Source of the DNA: Ostreococcus lucimarinus
Taxonomy: Eukaryota
Direction: 5' to 3' (one strand)
Assembly: GCA_000092065.1 (NCBI GenBank)
Contig: CP000584.1
Length of the DNA stretch: 64,000 nt
Every line of letters starts with the position of its first letter. Positions within the stretch are counted from its first letter, which is position 1. Shown piece after piece: positions 1 to 10,500 of the stretch. The position numbers and the translations under genes were made by a program. A model generated the notes under the pieces. It searched no databases, had not been told where the DNA came from, and worked only from the letters and a program-made list of their open reading frames with translations.

Positions 1-2
1 CG

Positions 3-2144
3 CCGAGTCCGACGCCAGCACCGCAGCAGTCGCCGGTCGACGCCTTTGAACCGACGCCGGGTGCGCCGACGGAGAGCCTCGACGACGCCCCGCCAGAAAG
101 TGACGACTCATACGCTGACTTCGCGCCGGCGTCTGCGTACCCGTCGAGCGTGAACGGTACGTCTGGCTACCCGTCGAGCGTGAACACCACGACGCCGGAC
201 GCGACATCGAGCGCGAGCGAGCCAGCTCTGCCAACGACCCCCCCGAGTCCGCCGCCGCCGCCGAGTCCGCCGCAGCCGCCGAGCCCGTCGCCGCCGCCGC
301 TTCCACCGGCGCCTCCTGGAATCGTTAACGTGCACAACGTCACCATGCAAGCAGGTTCGAAAGCGGTGATGTTCCATCCACCAAAAACAGTTGAGACGCT
401 GCAATCGCCGAATCAACCACTGACGCTGCACTTTATGGAGAATGGCAACGACGCTCAACTCGCGAGTTCTGGATTGCCGTTGTGGACCGAAGTCTACGTC
501 AACGGCGACTTGCAAGACGACGCCGACATCACCTTGAGTAACGGTGATCGTTTGCAACTTTTCGTCAAAGCTTCTCCAGCTCCCCTGGTTCGACGCGCCG
601 CATATCTTTCATACGGTCACAAGCAATTCGTTCTCGACGTCACCACGGCGCAGACGAGCCCGCCACCCCCGCTTCCGCCGGCGGCGCCGCCGCCGCCGAA
701 CGACGTCATCCTTGCACACGTCGCCGCGAATCACCCGACACAGTGCACGTCGGCACAAGCGTACAAGTGGTCGACGTTGACTCAGAATGATCGATCTACC
801 GTGCCCATGAACGCGTGGTGCTCGAGAAACACCACGTTTGGCGAGTTTCAGGCTCCGCTGTGCTCGCATCAAACCGGGCGGGACATCATCATCTTAGTCG
901 ACGCCAGCGAAGCCATCGGTAGTGAGGTGTTCTATGGGAAGATGATCGACATGTTGCATGATTTGTACTGCACGATCGAAGGCACGGGATCGCAAGTCGG
1001 CGTTTTGCTACTCCCAGGAGCTGGCAACCCGTACGTGTGCGACGCCTACACGAGTTACATTCCGTTGCAGCAGCACACGAGCGAGGACTTCCACGCGAGT
1101 TTAGAAAGGATGCGAGCGGACGAGGGCGCGTGTTGCGGCCGAAGCGTGCCGTTGGCGCAAGGTTTGAAAGCTGCGAACGGATTGTTCCGCGATTTCGGCA
1201 TCTTTCCGCCGAATGAGCGAAGCGTCATCTTCGTCACGGCTTCGCACCCATCGACGCCGGTGGAGTTCGAGACTTGTTTGAGCATAAGTGTACCTGAATT
1301 CCGTGACTTGACGCGAGATCACCCCTTCAACGTGCTTCCGAGCGGTGAAGAAATGACAACGTGCGAATACAAGCTTCGATCGGTGCCTGTCGCCGCGGCG
1401 GAACTGAAAACTGCCGGTGTTCGCGTTTCCGTCGTCACCGTTCCGGGCGCCGACGGCGCCGTCCCGTCGAGCGCGTACTACAGCGGCTCTCCGTGGCCGA
1501 GCAAATGCACGGCGGACGGCCAGTGCGAATTTTCTGCCCCGTACGGCGGCGATCGCGGTCACTGGGGCTCGTGGTATACCGACGCCAACGGTGACCTGAC
1601 GCGCGACTACAACCCCGGACCCGAGCTCGCGTGCCAAATGCGCGTCCATCCCGGGACGCCCGTCGTCAGCAGGCCCGTGCTCGCCAACGCCTTGCGCGTC
1701 AACGCGTGGAACCCTCGCGGGTACGCCGACACTCTCGCTGTGGCCATGTGTCCCGCGCCGCAGTGCTTACCCTCGAGCTTGTTCGGCTCCACGTTCGCCG
1801 ACAACTGCGTCGGCGACGACGCGTCGAATTGGGCCCAAACGCTCTCGTGCGTGCGCGGCGAATCGTACTCCATGTGCGACCGTCTCATCCCTCGCACCGA
1901 GCGCTGCCACGCCGAAGTCCGAAGCGACCCCGTGGCCGTGGGCACCGTCAATAACGTCACCGCCGTCAGCGTTCGCATCCACTGCGAGCAACACTGCTCG
2001 GGCGAGCGCACGGACACGCACGCCAAGTCGATTCGCGTCGTCTGCCCGCGCGGCGCCTCGTGCGACGGCGAAGTCATCGGCGACGACGTCATCACCGCCG
2101 TCGAGGCTCAGAGCGCGACGCCGCCGACCTCATCGAACCAGTAA
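3..2144 (+). CDS. Secreted cysteine-rich, proline-rich protein with a von Willebrand factor A-like domain. The 5' end lies outside the window.
   Basis: The reading frame of ORF 150..2144 stays open back to the window start, and the track start is GTG rather than ATG. VWA-like motifs are present: DIIILVDASEAIG, QVGVLLLPG, GACCGRSVPLAQGLKAA and RSVIFVTASHPS. There are extensin-like [13 protein letters not shown] runs and many Cys residues. An AYPSSVNGT/GYPSSVNTT duplication sits at the 5' edge. Stop is at 2142-2144 and TGTAA at 2184-2188. Confidence 0.6.
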   Translation, partial: PSPTPAPQQSPVDAFEPTPGAPTESLDDAPPESDDSYADFAPASAYPSSVNGTSGYPSSVNTTTPDATSSASEPALPTTPPSPPPPPSPPQPPSPSPPPLPPAPPGIVNVHNVTMQAGSKAVMFHPPKTVETLQSPNQPLTLHFMENGNDAQLASSGLPLWTEVYVNGDLQDDADITLSNGDRLQLFVKASPAPLVRRAAYLSYGHKQFVLDVTTAQTSPPPPLPPAAPPPPNDVILAHVAANHPTQCTSAQAYKWSTLTQNDRSTVPMNAWCSRNTTFGEFQAPLCSHQTGRDIIILVDASEAIGSEVFYGKMIDMLHDLYCTIEGTGSQVGVLLLPGAGNPYVCDAYTSYIPLQQHTSEDFHASLERMRADEGACCGRSVPLAQGLKAANGLFRDFGIFPPNERSVIFVTASHPSTPVEFETCLSISVPEFRDLTRDHPFNVLPSGEEMTTCEYKLRSVPVAAAELKTAGVRVSVVTVPGADGAVPSSAYYSGSPWPSKCTADGQCEFSAPYGGDRGHWGSWYTDANGDLTRDYNPGPELACQMRVHPGTPVVSRPVLANALRVNAWNPRGYADTLAVAMCPAPQCLPSSLFGSTFADNCVGDDASNWAQTLSCVRGESYSMCDRLIPRTERCHAEVRSDPVAVGTVNNVTAVSVRIHCEQHCSGERTDTHAKSIRVVCPRGASCDGEVIGDDVITAVEAQSATPPTSSNQ

Positions 2145-2183
2145 CCAAACGACGAAACCACGAAACCACCCGTTTAGAATCCC

Positions 2184-2188
2184 TGTAA
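2184..2188 (+). terminator. TGTAA putative poly(A) signal downstream of the VWA protein gene.
   Basis: tgtaa lies 40 nt after the stop at 2144. UGUAA is the dominant poly(A) signal in chlorophyte algae. Confidence 0.4.
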
Positions 2189-2366
2189 TTCAGCTCGACG
2201 TTCGTCGCGCCTTCGCCGCGCCGCCGCGGCGCGTCGCCGCTCGAAATGAAAATCATCATTTCGCGACGCCTTCACCCGCGCGCGTCGCCGTCCCCGATCG
2301 CGCGCGTCGTCGACGCGCGCGAACCCATCGCGCGCCTCGGCGCGCTCGCGCGCGCGCGCGCCCGCG

Positions 2367-4856
2367 ATGAAGCTCGCGAAGCGTTTTCATCGCGCGCGTC
2401 GCGGCGGCGGCGGCGGCGAAAACTCGACCGACGACGACGACGACGACGCGCGCAGCGACGAGGACGCCTTCGAGGACGTCCGAGATAACGACGCGTTCGA
2501 CGACGAGGAGATCGACGAGGACGAGGCGTTCGACGAGGCGGACGAGGAAGCGTTCGGGGAGTTTTTCGGCTCGGGACGCGGCGACGACGGCGACGACGAC
2601 GCGTGGGACGACGAAGACGACGACGACGGCGCGGGAGACGGCGCGAACGACGACTCGTACGACGACGATGGGTTAAATCAGTTGATGGATAGCGATGACG
2701 AGGCGGAGGAGGCGGTGCGGGCGAAGGCGAAGTCGACGTCGAGGACGAGGGCGAAACCGACGCGCGAGGTCGTCGAAGAGGAGGACGTCGAGGCGTTGGT
2801 TTCGAGCGAAGACGACGACGACGAAAAACGCGAGCGCGTGCTGGATGAACTCGTCGGGGCGCGTAAACGAGTGACGCTGGATCCTCGGTATCGACCGGTG
2901 ATCACGGAGGTCGGGAGGGAGAATCCGATGGCGGTGCCGCTTCGTCTTCGCGAGGGCGAGGAGAAGCTGACGCTGAAGGACGTCATGGCGTCGCTCGGCG
3001 AAGACGCGCTCGATCGCGATACGGTGAAGCGGTTGAATAAGATTTCGAAGACTAAGGCGGTGGATGCGCCTTTGGCGCGACCGATTAAAGAGCGTATCGA
3101 TCGCAAGGCGGCGTACGCGGAGACGAGCAAGGACATCGGCAAGTATCAAGCCGTCGTCAAGGAAAATCGCGAAAAGCGAACGCTCAAGTTTGAGCCAGCG
3201 CGCAAGGAGATGCAACGCAAGGACACGCTCGGTGCGCTCGCCGCAGATTTTACGCCGCGATCGGAGGTTGAGTTGGAAATCGCTCGCGTTTTGAAAGAGT
3301 CTGGGCACGCGAGCGCCAAAGACGTCGTGCGCGGCGAGTTGCTCGAGATGAACCACTTGGACGTCGAGGACATACAGGCGCGCCAAGCCAAGCTCGCGAA
3401 GATGCGTGCGGTTTTGTTTTATCACGAGCAAAAGGCGAAAAGACTGAAAAACATCAAGTCTAAGGCGTTCCATAGGCACAATCGCAAGGGAGAACTCAAG
3501 GTGATCGGAGACGAGGATGACAGCGATTACGAAGGCGAGGGCGACACCCCGGAGGAACGCAGAGAGTACCTTCGCGCGCAAGAGCGCATGCTGTTACGTC
3601 ACAAAAACACGTCGAGGTGGGCGAAACGGGCGATTAAAAAGGGTATCGCCCATCTCGCCGGGACGCGAGAAAAGTTGCAGGAGCAGCTGCGCATCGGCCA
3701 ACAATTGAAGGAAAAGATTGAAGGCACTCGAACGACGACGACGGAACTCGACGAAGAGAGCACGGACGCCGAAGACTCTGAAGACGAAGATCCCAACGAC
3801 CCCGAAACCGAACGCAAGCGACGGCTCAGGGCGAAAGCCGCAGCGTTAAAGGCTTTGGAGGACGGCGGCGACGACGATGTCGAGGGAGCGAACGACAGCT
3901 TGTTCAAACTGCCCTTCATGGCGCGTGCGATGGAGAAACGCAAGTCGCAGACGAAAGCAGAGGCGCAAGAACTGCTTGATGAGCTCGATAGAATGGAACA
4001 GAACGGAGAGGAGCTCAGCGATAGCGACGATGATCATGAAGAGTGGGACGCGATGACAACGAATGCGAAGCGCGCCGCCGACGCCCGAACAGCGTCTGCT
4101 TCAAAGAAGGCTCGCACGGGCGACAACGACGTCGACGCGCCCGCGAAAAATTCCAGCGGGAAACAGTCGACGCAGCCGAAAAAGTCAACTGCAAAACCTA
4201 TCACGGAGATATCAGATGCGGCGAGGAAGATGCGTGCGAAAGCTGCCGCACGAGTGGCGCCGGTGAAAGTCAAGTCTGGCGAATCCGACGAAGACGCCGA
4301 CGACGGACCGACGGTGATGCTCGAAGAGGAACGCGACGCGGGGACGACGAACGAAGACTTGATGCGGCGAGCGTTCGCGAACGACGACATCGAAGCAGAA
4401 TTCGAAAAGGAAAAGCTCGCCGATGTCAGCGCAGAACTTCCTGAAACGGACATGCCGAAGAATCTTCCAGGATGGGGCGCGTGGGCGAGCGACAAGCGCG
4501 TTCCGAAATGGATGAAGGACGCGGAGAAAAAGGCGAAAACTGAGCGCGCGAAGGCTTTGAAGAGTCGTCGCGACGCCAAACTCAAGCACGTCGTAATCAG
4601 CGAAAAGTACGATAAAAAGGCTGCGCAATTCAACGTGGAATCGCTTCCGCACGGGTACGCGAGCAAGGCGGCGTACGAGGGCACGATGCGTCAACCTTTG
4701 GGATTGGACGTCAACACGCACGGCATGTTCCAAAAGTTGAACGCGCCGAAAGTATTGAAGCCAACGGGCTCTATAATCAAACCCATGAAGTTGCCGAAAC
4801 ACAAGGCGAAGGAAGCGTCGACGTCCAAGTCTTCGCGCAAAAAGAAGGCGCGCTGA
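2367..4856 (+). CDS. UTP14: U3 snoRNP protein UTP14 homolog (small-subunit processome).
   Basis: ATG at 2367. The N-terminus is acidic. The UTP14 signature block is RMRAVLFYHEQKAKRLKNIKSKAFHRHNRKGE. The C-terminal motif is LPGWGAWAS, matching the UTP14 GWGSW motif. The ORF is 829 aa and very Lys/Glu-rich, as expected for a nucleolar protein. Confidence 0.8.
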   Translation: MKLAKRFHRARRGGGGGENSTDDDDDDARSDEDAFEDVRDNDAFDDEEIDEDEAFDEADEEAFGEFFGSGRGDDGDDDAWDDEDDDDGAGDGANDDSYDDDGLNQLMDSDDEAEEAVRAKAKSTSRTRAKPTREVVEEEDVEALVSSEDDDDEKRERVLDELVGARKRVTLDPRYRPVITEVGRENPMAVPLRLREGEEKLTLKDVMASLGEDALDRDTVKRLNKISKTKAVDAPLARPIKERIDRKAAYAETSKDIGKYQAVVKENREKRTLKFEPARKEMQRKDTLGALAADFTPRSEVELEIARVLKESGHASAKDVVRGELLEMNHLDVEDIQARQAKLAKMRAVLFYHEQKAKRLKNIKSKAFHRHNRKGELKVIGDEDDSDYEGEGDTPEERREYLRAQERMLLRHKNTSRWAKRAIKKGIAHLAGTREKLQEQLRIGQQLKEKIEGTRTTTTELDEESTDAEDSEDEDPNDPETERKRRLRAKAAALKALEDGGDDDVEGANDSLFKLPFMARAMEKRKSQTKAEAQELLDELDRMEQNGEELSDSDDDHEEWDAMTTNAKRAADARTASASKKARTGDNDVDAPAKNSSGKQSTQPKKSTAKPITEISDAARKMRAKAAARVAPVKVKSGESDEDADDGPTVMLEEERDAGTTNEDLMRRAFANDDIEAEFEKEKLADVSAELPETDMPKNLPGWGAWASDKRVPKWMKDAEKKAKTERAKALKSRRDAKLKHVVISEKYDKKAAQFNVESLPHGYASKAAYEGTMRQPLGLDVNTHGMFQKLNAPKVLKPTGSIIKPMKLPKHKAKEASTSKSSRKKKAR

Positions 4857-4872
4857 TCAATCTCCTATTACG

Positions 4873-4877
4873 TGTAA
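4873..4877 (+). terminator. TGTAA putative poly(A) signal downstream of UTP14.
   Basis: tgtaa lies 17 nt after the stop at 4856. The context is AT-rich. Confidence 0.4.
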
Positions 4878-4918
4878 AACTATCAACAACGATTAAATTC
4901 TCAACTTCTACGAGCTAT

Positions 4919-6499
4919 CTATTCTTCCTCTTCCTCTTCCTCTTCCTCTTCCTCTTCCTCATCCTTCTCCTCTTCATCTAGACGCCGCGACGCTCTGTCC
5001 GCGGCTTCGCGCCAACGAATGGCGAACGGCACGCCCCACGCGCCCGTAAAACAGATCACTAAATTCCACATCAAATGGAGCACGCTGCTCACGATTATGC
5101 CGGTCCAAATCCCGACCAAACCGAGCTTGGGGCGACCGATGGCGAGATACGCGGCGAGGGGTAAGCCGATGACCCAGTACGACACGATCAAAATCGGCGT
5201 GGTTACCCCTTGGTACCCGGCGCCGACTATGATCCCCGCGGTGGCGACTTGTACGGCGTCGATGACTATGAACCACGTGAGCGTGGGCACCAACGCGTCG
5301 AGCCTTTCGACGACGGCTTTGTCATTCGTGTACACGGCGAATACCGCGTCCGCATTCGCGTAAAACACCATCGCGCACACGAGGGCGAACGAAAATGACA
5401 ACGCCGCCGTGCTCGCCGCGAGCGTCGCCGCGTCTCGCGTTTTCCCGGCGCCGACGGCGTTCCCAACGCTCGTGGACGCCCCTCTCGACCACACGCACGC
5501 CCACGAGTAAAAGAAAAAGTACGTGTTGGACAAGAACGCCTGCGCGTCGAGCTCGAGCGTGGGATCGGCGCACAGCCCCGCGAGCGCGGTGTTGAAATCC
5601 CAGCTCCACCATTCGATGCATTGCATCCCCATCCCTGGAATCGCCAAGCGCAAATACCCCCACCAGTCTCGAAACGCGTCTGGAAACACGCGCACGTTCT
5701 TCAGCGTGCCTCGCAGCGTCTCCGACGTCGCGAAACCCACGGCGTACATGCTAAACGTCCCGATGTCGACGAGCGTCAACCCAATCGCCGCGCCCTCGAG
5801 ATTTCTAAACTTCCGAATGCAGAAAAACGGCGCTATAAATTTCAACGGCGTCGTGCACACGCTCAGCGCCGCCACCCGACGACTCCGTTTCATCGCCAGC
5901 ATCGTCTTCAGCATCACGCACGTCGCGCACTGCAAAAACAATCCCGGTACGCGCCACCTCGCGAACCGTTCCACGCGTTCCGCCGTCTCCGCGTCGACGC
6001 CCGCGACGCGCAAAATCGTCCCGCTCTTCCACCACGTCAAACTCCCCGGCGCCCACGCCAGCGTCCACAGCACCGCCATCCCTCGCGCGAACGTCTCTCC
6101 GACGACGTCGATTCGTCCCATCCCGTTCGCCTGCGCGCTGATCGTGTCCACGCCAGATCCGAGTCCCCAGACCGCCGCGTGTCCCGTCACCGACGTCACG
6201 ACGTTGCCCAGTCCGAACGCCGCCGTCGCGCGCGCGCCCGAAACCCTAGACACCAGCGACAGCTGAAACGCCGTCGACAGCGACGTGGAGACGTACTGGA
6301 ATATCAGCGGCGCGCCGAGCGCGGCGACCGTCGCCGTCGCGCGCGCGCGCGTCAATCTTTTCGCTCGGTACGCCTCCGCCTCGTCGTCGTCGTCATCGTC
6401 GCGCTCGTCGCGCGCGTCGTCGTCGAGCGGCGCCGACGTCGACGCGACGTCGTCGAGCAGCGCGTCTCGAAGCCCCGCGTCGCGGCGCGCGCGTCGCAT
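4919..6499 (-). CDS. MATE (multidrug and toxic compound extrusion) family transporter.
   Basis: ATG at 6499, checked as cat at 6497-6499. The MATE hallmark LAIPGMGMQCIEWWSWDFNTALAGL is present (compare plant DTX LALPS..CLEWWSFE). About 12 predicted hydrophobic helices. Length 526 aa. The N-terminus has a poly-Asp stretch. The poly-Glu C-terminal tail is encoded by a GAGGAA microsatellite. Confidence 0.8.
   Translation of the reverse strand: MRRARRDAGLRDALLDDVASTSAPLDDDARDERDDDDDDEAEAYRAKRLTRARATATVAALGAPLIFQYVSTSLSTAFQLSLVSRVSGARATAAFGLGNVVTSVTGHAAVWGLGSGVDTISAQANGMGRIDVVGETFARGMAVLWTLAWAPGSLTWWKSGTILRVAGVDAETAERVERFARWRVPGLFLQCATCVMLKTMLAMKRSRRVAALSVCTTPLKFIAPFFCIRKFRNLEGAAIGLTLVDIGTFSMYAVGFATSETLRGTLKNVRVFPDAFRDWWGYLRLAIPGMGMQCIEWWSWDFNTALAGLCADPTLELDAQAFLSNTYFFFYSWACVWSRGASTSVGNAVGAGKTRDAATLAASTAALSFSFALVCAMVFYANADAVFAVYTNDKAVVERLDALVPTLTWFIVIDAVQVATAGIIVGAGYQGVTTPILIVSYWVIGLPLAAYLAIGRPKLGLVGIWTGIIVSSVLHLMWNLVICFTGAWGVPFAIRWREAADRASRRLDEEEKDEEEEEEEEEEEEE
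4921..4975. repeat. (GAGGAA)n microsatellite encoding the poly-Glu C-terminal tail of the MATE transporter.
   Basis: The plus strand reads ttcttcctcttcctcttcctcttcctcttcctcttcctcatccttctcctcttc. The minus-strand translation ends in EEKDEEEEEEEEEEEEEE. Confidence 0.75.
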
Positions 6500-6519
6500 C
6501 GCGCGCGCGCGGCGGTGTG

Positions 6520-7509
6520 ATGCGATGCGAGTCCCGTCGGGGACACATCGCGACGCGCCGCGCGACGCCGGCGACGCGCGCGGGCATGAGCCTCTTCTAC
6601 GGCGCCGCGGACGTCGAGTCGACGTCGTCGTCGAGCGACGACGACGGCGCGCGCGACGCCGGCGCGCGCGACGACGCGACGACGACGGCGAAAGATGCGC
6701 ATCGCGTCGCGCGGCGACCGACGACGACGACGGCGCTGCCGCGCGCGGCGGACGTGATGACGGCGCTGGACGGCGACGACGACGAGGCGACGCGGGCGAC
6801 GGTGATGCGCGGGACGACGGCGCGCGGGATGGCGCGCGCGGTGGCGGACGCGCTGCGGGAGACGCGGCGCGACGCGTACTACGCGGAGACGGCGAGGGAG
6901 GACGGCGCGAAGGACGCGGCGACGATACGGGTCGACGCGCGCAGGGTGATGATCGTGGAACAACGCGTCGCGGTGCGGTTGATGACGAAGACGTCGAACG
7001 GGGTGCTGGAGGCGGTGGCGGCGACGGGGGCGCGGGCGACGACGACGGAGGCGTCGGCGGAGGAGGATTTTGACGAGCGAGAGAAACGAAGGATCGCGAT
7101 CACGGGACCGCCGGAGAGCGTGCAAAAGTGCGTTGAGTTGATAGAATCGCTCGTGCGCGAGACGGAGAATCGAACGTCGAAGCGGTTCTTTTGTCCAAAG
7201 GCGTATTTGGGAGCGTTCATCGGACGCGGGTACGGGCACGTGCACAAGATTGAGGGCGTTTCAAAATGTAAAATCGTGATATCTGACGAGGACAAGGTGC
7301 ACGAAGGGAACGAACACTCGGTGGTGCGCGCGATTGAGGTCACGGGGACGCCGATGCAGGTGAGTTTGGGGTACAAACTCGCGTTGCAGACGTTGGACGA
7401 GGCTTTGGCGTCCGCGCCGGACGCCGAAGAGCTCAAAGCAGAGTTGAAAGAAACGAGCGGTGGGTTTGATTTAGACGCCGAACGCGCGAAGAAAAAAGCA
7501 AAGAACTAG
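6520..7509 (+). CDS. KH-domain RNA-binding protein with an acidic N-terminal region.
   Basis: The track start at 6517 is GTG; the first ATG is at 6520 and an alternative ATG is near 6586 (MSLFYG). Type-I KH-like segments are RRIAITGPPESVQKCVELIESL and FFCPKAYLGAFIGRGYGHVHKIEGVSKCKIVISDED...VVRAIEVTGTPMQVSLGYKLALQTL. The start lies only about 20 bp from the divergent MATE ATG. Confidence 0.5.
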   Translation: MRCESRRGHIATRRATPATRAGMSLFYGAADVESTSSSSDDDGARDAGARDDATTTAKDAHRVARRPTTTTALPRAADVMTALDGDDDEATRATVMRGTTARGMARAVADALRETRRDAYYAETAREDGAKDAATIRVDARRVMIVEQRVAVRLMTKTSNGVLEAVAATGARATTTEASAEEDFDEREKRRIAITGPPESVQKCVELIESLVRETENRTSKRFFCPKAYLGAFIGRGYGHVHKIEGVSKCKIVISDEDKVHEGNEHSVVRAIEVTGTPMQVSLGYKLALQTLDEALASAPDAEELKAELKETSGGFDLDAERAKKKAKN

Positions 7510-7546
7510 AAGGAACGAAGAGAGAGTAGCTAGAATCTAGGTAGTA

Positions 7547-7551
7547 TTACA
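7547..7551 (-). terminator. TGTAA putative poly(A) signal of the receptor-like gene (minus strand).
   Basis: Plus-strand ttaca at 7547-7551 sits 11 nt beyond the minus-strand stop at 7562, in a 52-bp convergent spacer shared with the KH gene. Confidence 0.4.
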
Positions 7552-7561
7552 GTTTCCGGTG

Positions 7562-10500
7562 TTATCGAAGGTCGCCCGTGTCCCAAATCCCCGTGCGCTC
7601 GTTGCGTAAATTTGCAATGTTTCGATCGAAATCCCATCGCGCGCGTGATTCCCGCGAACCGTCGGCGTCGTTATACTCGATCTCTACGAAATCTTGCGCG
7701 GGAATCGTCGACGTAAGCGGTGTTTGTCGTACGCTCGTCGGCTCGAGCGACCTCGCACTCAGCGTCGGTTCCAAAGATGCAGAGGCGACGGTGAACGCAG
7801 TCTTGCGCCCGACGGTGTCCGAGACGTCGAAGTCGGTGAACTCGCTTAGGTGCGGTGTCGCATTTTCGTCGTGCGATGCGCGCGTTTCACCACCGCTGGA
7901 AACTTCGCTTACCACACTCACTGCTTCTTCGCCGTCGTCGTCTTCGGGAATGTCAGCCGGAGGCCAAAACACACCCATGACGTCGACTTCGCCAAACGCT
8001 TCGTCGATGATGAAATATCCATCCTTGATGGCGTTTTGAAGTTTATTTACGAGTATTTCCAAAGGACCACCTTCATTGCTACCGTCACGTCGTTCTGTGA
8101 TGCGGACGGTGACGGTATCTGCGATGTCATCCGTGCGCGCCACGCGCACTCTGTTGACGTCGACGCCGAGCTCGACGGCGATTTCTTTGCAGAAAAAGAG
8201 TTGCGTCGCGTGAGACTTGAACTTTGCCACGGGCATGTGCGTCATGACCTCGATGTCTACGTGGGTTATGTGCGACTTCGTGCGCGACGTAGGCTGATGC
8301 TTTTTTGTACGGCGTATGCCGAACACGTCGACTTCGGCTGGAGCTAGTACCGCAGGCGGCGGCTCAATGTTCGCCTTTGCCATCGGAACGATAGTCTGTG
8401 CCTTAGGCGCGATCGACATGGCCATTTTCGCCGCCGTGCGCCATGAAACTTTCACTTTTTCTTCTTCACTCTCCTTGAGCGCGAGTAAACCGCCACCAGA
8501 TGCTTCTATCACCTTGTGTCGCGGCGGCGCTTGCGGCAACGCGGCCCAATCCTCGAGCGAGCCCGCGACGAAGTAACGTAAGCACGCCCACGCGCCACCA
8601 GCGGCGCCTTGCATCGCTTTGAGTTGTTCTGCCGTCAAATCGTACGTTTCGGATGATTCCATCTTGTCGCTGCACGAAACTTCGCACTCAAATTGATGCT
8701 CATACTTGATCATGCGCAACAAACTCACGTTTTCTTCGAGGGAGTAGTCGAGAGTCAAGAAGTCGAGACGTTTGCCTCGCCACTGCTGCAAGCCGAGAAT
8801 CTCGTTGAGACCTTTGAGGAATAACGCAATGTCACCAGTCTGCATCACTGTTCTCTTGTCCATGATCACGTCGTCGCCCAAGCGCACACCGCCCGGGAAT
8901 GTTGGCGCGATGACGGCGACGCGCTCTACAGGTTGCAAGCCACTGGCTGTCGATAGTCTCTCCTTAGCCTTCGCGATGAGCTTTCTACAAAGCATCGCAC
9001 TGTTGACGTCGTGCTCGTACAAGATAACGCACGTGTCGTCGAGCGCACATGCTTCCAGGCGTTCGGGAAACTTCATCGCGTCTGAGATAAACACGAGAGA
9101 TTCGTACACGCGTGTGGTGTTCGAACGCTTCATCTTTGGCGGCTGCGGCTCGACGTCTGCGGTCGCGACGATCGGGTTCAACGTCTGTTTTGTCGTCGCG
9201 GGTTTCGAACTCTTGCCATCGTCTGTTGTCGCCGCCAGTTGTATCTTTGCCAGTGCAATCTTCATGAGCTGATGTTCGACGGTGTTTGGCGTGAATTCCT
9301 CTGGCACGTCTGCGTCGTCCAACTCGTCGAGTTCCGCAAGTGCCATACTCAGATTGAACATTTGCGTTTTGGACAAAGCCGAACTGTCTGCGCACGCGCG
9401 TGTGCGCTGATAATATTTCATGCAATCCTCGATTCGACCTTGAGAGAGTCGAGTAAGCGTGAGATTGTACAGCGCCGGATAGTAACTCGGATTAATCGTC
9501 AACGCCAGCCTGAGTTGCTCGTTGCACGCGCTCAATAGTCCCTTGCACCAATCGAGCATGGCCAAGTTCGTCAACGCCTCGACGTTGCCCGGATCAACTT
9601 CCAACGCATTAAGGTAATTCGCCCCGGAGCGCTGGAAGTCGCCTCGCCTGAAGGCCAAGTTCCCGAGCTTAACTTGCGACGGAGCGTGCTTGGCGTCGAG
9701 GTTCAACGTCTGTTCAAAGTGATATTCGGCTTTCTTCCATTGTCCAAGCTTAACGTACAACAGCGCGAGGGCGTACGTCGCGCGTGAATCATTCGGACGG
9801 CAGTCGACGGCGCGTTTCATCCATTCTTTTGCCTCACCCACAGAACCAATGGAGTCGATGACGATTGCGAGATTGTACAAAGCCTTGAAGTAATTCGGTT
9901 CACGATCGAGCGCGGCGAGATAGCTCACGCGCGCGCTCGCCGCATCGCCCGCCAAGAAGTGCGCGTTGCCGATGTTGAAGTGCGCGACCGCGCTCACCGG
10001 ATCGCGACGAATTGCCATCGCGTACACCGTGCTCGCCTTTGCGAGCTTGCCTTGAGCGAGGAAAATATTGCCGAGCGTAATCTGCCGCTGCGCTGTCAGG
10101 GTAAGACTTGCACTCCGTTGCGCAAACGCGTGCGCATACTCGGTATCACCGGCGAATGCGCGACAGATGGCCAAGCCGTGCATGATATCGGCGTTTCCCG
10201 GATTCCTCTCTGCCATTCGCGCGTAAATTTCTTCGGCTTCTTCGATACCACCTCTTCGAAAGCAATCGATAGCATAGCGCAAGTCTTCGTCTTCAAATTC
10301 CTTTATGGTGCCGCGAGACGCCGCCGTGTTTTCCATCAACGGTGTGATAGCGTCCACGAAAGATTCGTTTTCGGCGTACTGAAGTGTGAGCTTTTCCCGA
10401 GCCCATATCCGTCTAGAAATTATCCAAAGAATTATGCCGTACACGGAGAGAGCGATGCCTCCCACGGTCCACGACGTCTTGTCGGCTTCGCGCACTCCGA

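Noticed and set aside
108-557. 149-aa minus-strand ORF at the window edge.
   Set aside because: It is antisense to the VWA protein gene, Arg-rich, and has no start context.
2673-4802. Several 150-300-aa ORFs antisense to UTP14.
   Set aside because: The sense strand carries a complete, well-conserved UTP14. The antisense ORFs are Ser/Arg/Leu-rich with no motifs.
6352-7245. 297-aa Arg-rich ORF on the minus strand, together with similar ORFs at 6285-7073, 5621-6520, 13332-13997, 21005-22060 and 53398-54228.
   Set aside because: These are antisense or off-frame readings of real genes (KH protein, MATE, receptor, AP beta, ALG9) in a genome with extreme GC3. The translations are low-complexity R/A/G strings without domains.
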